A stretch of DNA of 31,117 nt. Origin: Armatimonadota bacterium (GTDB taxonomy: Bacteria > Armatimonadota > Armatimonadia > Armatimonadales > Armatimonadaceae). Below the pieces are notes generated by a model, which saw nothing but the letters and a program-made list of their open reading frames with translations, was not told the DNA's origin and did no database searches. The position numbers were made by a program, and so were the translations under genes. The stretch spans positions 1 to 31,117 of the forward strand of contig JAYUUO010000197.1 of NCBI GenBank assembly GCA_043754515.1, written 5' to 3'. Positions 29,100-31,117 of the stretch are shown piece after piece (the stretch's first letter is position 1; every line of letters starts with the position of its first letter).

Positions 29100-29242
29100 G
29101 AGTGGCGGCGGTCTTCGCAACAGGCTACCAAACGCCGCCACCCGGTTCTGTATTCGGCTACGGTTCCCCGACAGCCTGGGAACGAACTCCCGTGGACTCC
29201 CCGTTCGCGCTCCGTCATGCCGTGACAGGACCGATTCCGGCG
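29100..29242 (-). ncRNA. Structured DGR spacer RNA 3' of the TR
   Basis: Consecutive hairpins on the minus strand: GGGAG-UUCG-UUCCC, GGCUG(U)CGG-GGAA-CCGUAGCC, and an 11-bp stem 29133-29143 / 29100-29110. Confidence 0.6.
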
Positions 29243-29390
29243 CGGGGGTGCTGGGAGAACGGCGCGGAACCCGTTGTTGTCGTTCCGGTTCGTGGGCGCG
29301 TTCCTGTTACGATTTGCGCAACGGAAGTTGTCCGCGTCGTTGTTGTTCCAGGAGCCGCCGCGCAACACGCGGCGATTCAGCCCGTTCCCG
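29243..29390 (-). repeat. DGR template repeat (TR) with IMH*
   Basis: Translates as [49 protein letters not shown], with 11 AAY codons between GGSW and GFR. 29243-29273 matches 31087-31117 at 29/31 nt. The 5' boundary is uncertain. Confidence 0.93.
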
Positions 29391-30473
29391 CGATAGTCTA
29401 TCATTCCCGCCGCCGGGGCGGGCGAATGGCGCGTCCCGAAAAAGCCGGAGCCGCAACCCGTAGGTGTCCGCATGTCGCGCGTGTCCCAGCCACGCGGCGA
29501 CACGCCGCCTGACTACCGACAGGGCGAGCCTCCCTTCGGCGAACCCCTTCGCCATCCCGCGCAGACGGCGGGCGAACCGGTGGCCGGAAGCGGGACGCAA
29601 CCGGCGATGCGTCGGGAACACGAAGTAGCCGAGGAAGTCGACGCCCAGCGTCACCGGGGCGACGAACTGCTTGCGCGGGTGGAGGCGCAGACGGAGCGTG
29701 GTTCCCAGAAACTCGCCGACGGCGCGGCGGATCTCGTGGAGCGTGGCTTTGTCGTCGCCGAGCACGATGAAATCGTCCACGTAGCGGATATAGCGCGGGC
29801 AACCGAGCGTTTCTTTCACGAAGTGGTCGAGGGCATCCAGGTAGACGTTGGCGAAAAATTGGCTGGTCTGATTGCCGAGGGGCAGGCCGCGACGCCGTTC
29901 GAGCGGCGTGAAGAGATTGTCGCCGGGAAACCAGTCGGCTACTTCCTGTTGCGGGTTTGAGCCGTCAATGATCGCGTCCATCAGCCATAGCGTGGGTGCG
30001 CACCCGATCTTCCGGCGTAACAACCCCTTGAGGATGGCGTGATCTATGCTGGCGAAGTAGAGGCGCACGTCGCCCTTGAAGAAGTAGTCCGCCCCGCGCA
30101 TGAACGCCGTCAGGCGATCCACCGCGGCGTGCGTGCCCTTCCCCGCGCGGCAGGCGTAGGAATCGAAGATGAAGCTGCGTTCGTAGGGCGGCTCGACTAC
30201 GTTGCAAAGGGCGTGATGGACGACGCGGTCACGGAACGGGGCGGCACTGATCAGGCGCGGCTTAGTGTCGCGGATCATGAAGCCGTGGTACGGGCCGGGC
30301 GCGTACGTCCGTTCGAGGAGTTCGCGCCGGAGGCAGAGCAGTTCGTCTTCCAGCCGGTGAAAGAAGCGGAGCGGGGCGGGGTCGAAGCGTTTGCCGCGCC
30401 GCGCCTTGTTCGCGGCGAGTAGCAGGTTCTCGAAAGAGCAGACGGATTCGTAGAGGTTTTTGAATCGCTTCAC
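29307..30473 (-). CDS. DGR reverse transcriptase
   Basis: Motifs K.RLISAAPFRDRVVHHAL, DSYACR.GKGTH.A, KGDV..YF.SIDH, GLPLGNQTSQFFANVYL (DGR-type SQ), Y.RYVDDF and GVDFLGY. No maturase or endonuclease domain. Confidence 0.96.
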   Translation of the reverse strand: MKRFKNLYESVCSFENLLLAANKARRGKRFDPAPLRFFHRLEDELLCLRRELLERTYAPGPYHGFMIRDTKPRLISAAPFRDRVVHHALCNVVEPPYERSFIFDSYACRAGKGTHAAVDRLTAFMRGADYFFKGDVRLYFASIDHAILKGLLRRKIGCAPTLWLMDAIIDGSNPQQEVADWFPGDNLFTPLERRRGLPLGNQTSQFFANVYLDALDHFVKETLGCPRYIRYVDDFIVLGDDKATLHEIRRAVGEFLGTTLRLRLHPRKQFVAPVTLGVDFLGYFVFPTHRRLRPASGHRFARRLRGMAKGFAEGRLALSVVRRRVAAWLGHARHADTYGLRLRLFRDAPFARPGGGNDRLSRERAESPRVARRLLEQQRRGQLPLRKS

Positions 30474-30928
30474 GCGGGGGCCGCCATTCCGGGGGGCGGG
30501 TCGGCGAGAGCGGCGGGTTCATGCGGGATGGCCCGCGCCCAGCCGCCGATCTGCGCGCCGACGTTCTGGAGGGACTCGGCGGCGAACGCGTACTGCGGGA
30601 CGGACAGGCAACGCAGGTCCTTCGACAGGCGGATCAGGTAGCGGAGCCGCTCCAGGCGGCGATTGGCGCGGCGGAGCAGTTCGCGCTTGTCGCGCGCATA
30701 GGACGCCTCGATCAGGAGTTCCAGGATTTCGAGCGCGTTCTCCTCGACACGCTGTCCGAGCGAGTAGCGGTGCGCCCTGGAAAAGTCGGCGGTACGCCCG
30801 AAGAGCCACACGATGAAGTCATACAGGTGCGTGACCACGGCAACTTCGCCCTGTCCGCGCACGGGCGGATGGGCGTGTACTGGCGGCACGTGGCTGTCAG
30901 ATGATGTCAAAAGAGTGCCTTCCTCCAT
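30470..30928 (-). CDS. avd: DGR accessory variability determinant (Avd, four-helix bundle)
   Basis: YD...WL......F.R.HRYSLGQR.....LEILE.LIEA...L..LRYLIRLSKDL..LS..QY.......VG.QIGGW. Its TGA overlaps the RT GTG start. Confidence 0.93.
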   Translation of the reverse strand: MEEGTLLTSSDSHVPPVHAHPPVRGQGEVAVVTHLYDFIVWLFGRTADFSRAHRYSLGQRVEENALEILELLIEASYARDKRELLRRANRRLERLRYLIRLSKDLRCLSVPQYAFAAESLQNVGAQIGGWARAIPHEPAALADPPPGMAAPA

Positions 30929-31034
30929 CTCGGATCATTCGTGATAATATATTCCATTTTCTAGTCTTTTTCTCGTTTTTACTGGCGAATCGCGACCGGA
31001 TCGGGTATAATAGACATAGTGCGAATAATTTTCG

Positions 31035-31049
31035 ACGCGCCAAGCGCGT
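31035..31049. other. Candidate DGR target-recognition hairpin downstream of the IMH
   Basis: ACGCGC-CAA-GCGCGT (6-bp stem, 3-nt loop), 34 nt past the target stop codon. Confidence 0.55.
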
Positions 31050-31083
31050 AGACAAAAGGATAAGAGGACAAAAGGGAATAGCG

Positions 31084-31117
31084 TTACGGGAGTCCTGGGA
31101 GAACGGCGCGGAACCCG
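31084..31117 (-). CDS. 3' end of the DGR target gene (end of VR + IMH), predicted CLec / FGE-sulfatase-type domain; partial
   Basis: Reads GFRAVLPGLP-TAA. 31095-31117 is identical to TR 29251-29273 (23 nt). Confidence 0.85.
   Translation of the reverse strand, partial: GFRAVLPGLP

Noticed and set aside
29093..29503. 136-aa ORF containing GGSWNNN as a real gene
   Set aside because: It is the TR read in the target frame, overlaps the RT, and its remainder crosses the structured spacer.
29307..30473. Group II intron, retron or CRISPR-associated RT
   Set aside because: The SQ motif, adjacent avd and TR/VR pair indicate a DGR; no maturase domain, cas genes or array are present.
31006..31011. 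Plus-strand TATAAT as an antisense promoter into the target gene
   Set aside because: A single hexamer in an AT-rich intergenic stretch with no convincing -35 box.

Overview
High-GC bacterial chromosomal window, probably Armatimonadota-like (inferred from a DUF1559/H-X9-DG prepilin-like gene and a PEP-CTERM protein). Most of it is housekeeping and envelope genes: deoC, MmcQ/YjbR, a secreted zinc metalloprotease, panB, a Thg1-like 3'-5' polymerase, bioY, nadA, a seven-gene surface-polysaccharide operon, panD and several regulators. The main result is a diversity-generating retroelement (DGR) on the minus strand at the right end, in the order target(VR/IMH) - avd - RT - TR - structured spacer. 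Only the last 34 nt of the target gene are visible, so adenine-specific mutagenesis cannot be seen directly. Unusual DGR details: the RT reading frame runs into and stops inside the TR, and the spacer RNA has 8-mers complementary to the target IMH rather than to IMH*. A small IS-like inverted-repeat element flanks the cassette. Other oddities are a stand-alone cyanophycin-synthetase N-domain, a Wzc-like pseudokinase operon with wzt but no wzm, two degraded genes and several probably leaderless genes. All family assignments come from motif recognition by eye, not database searches.
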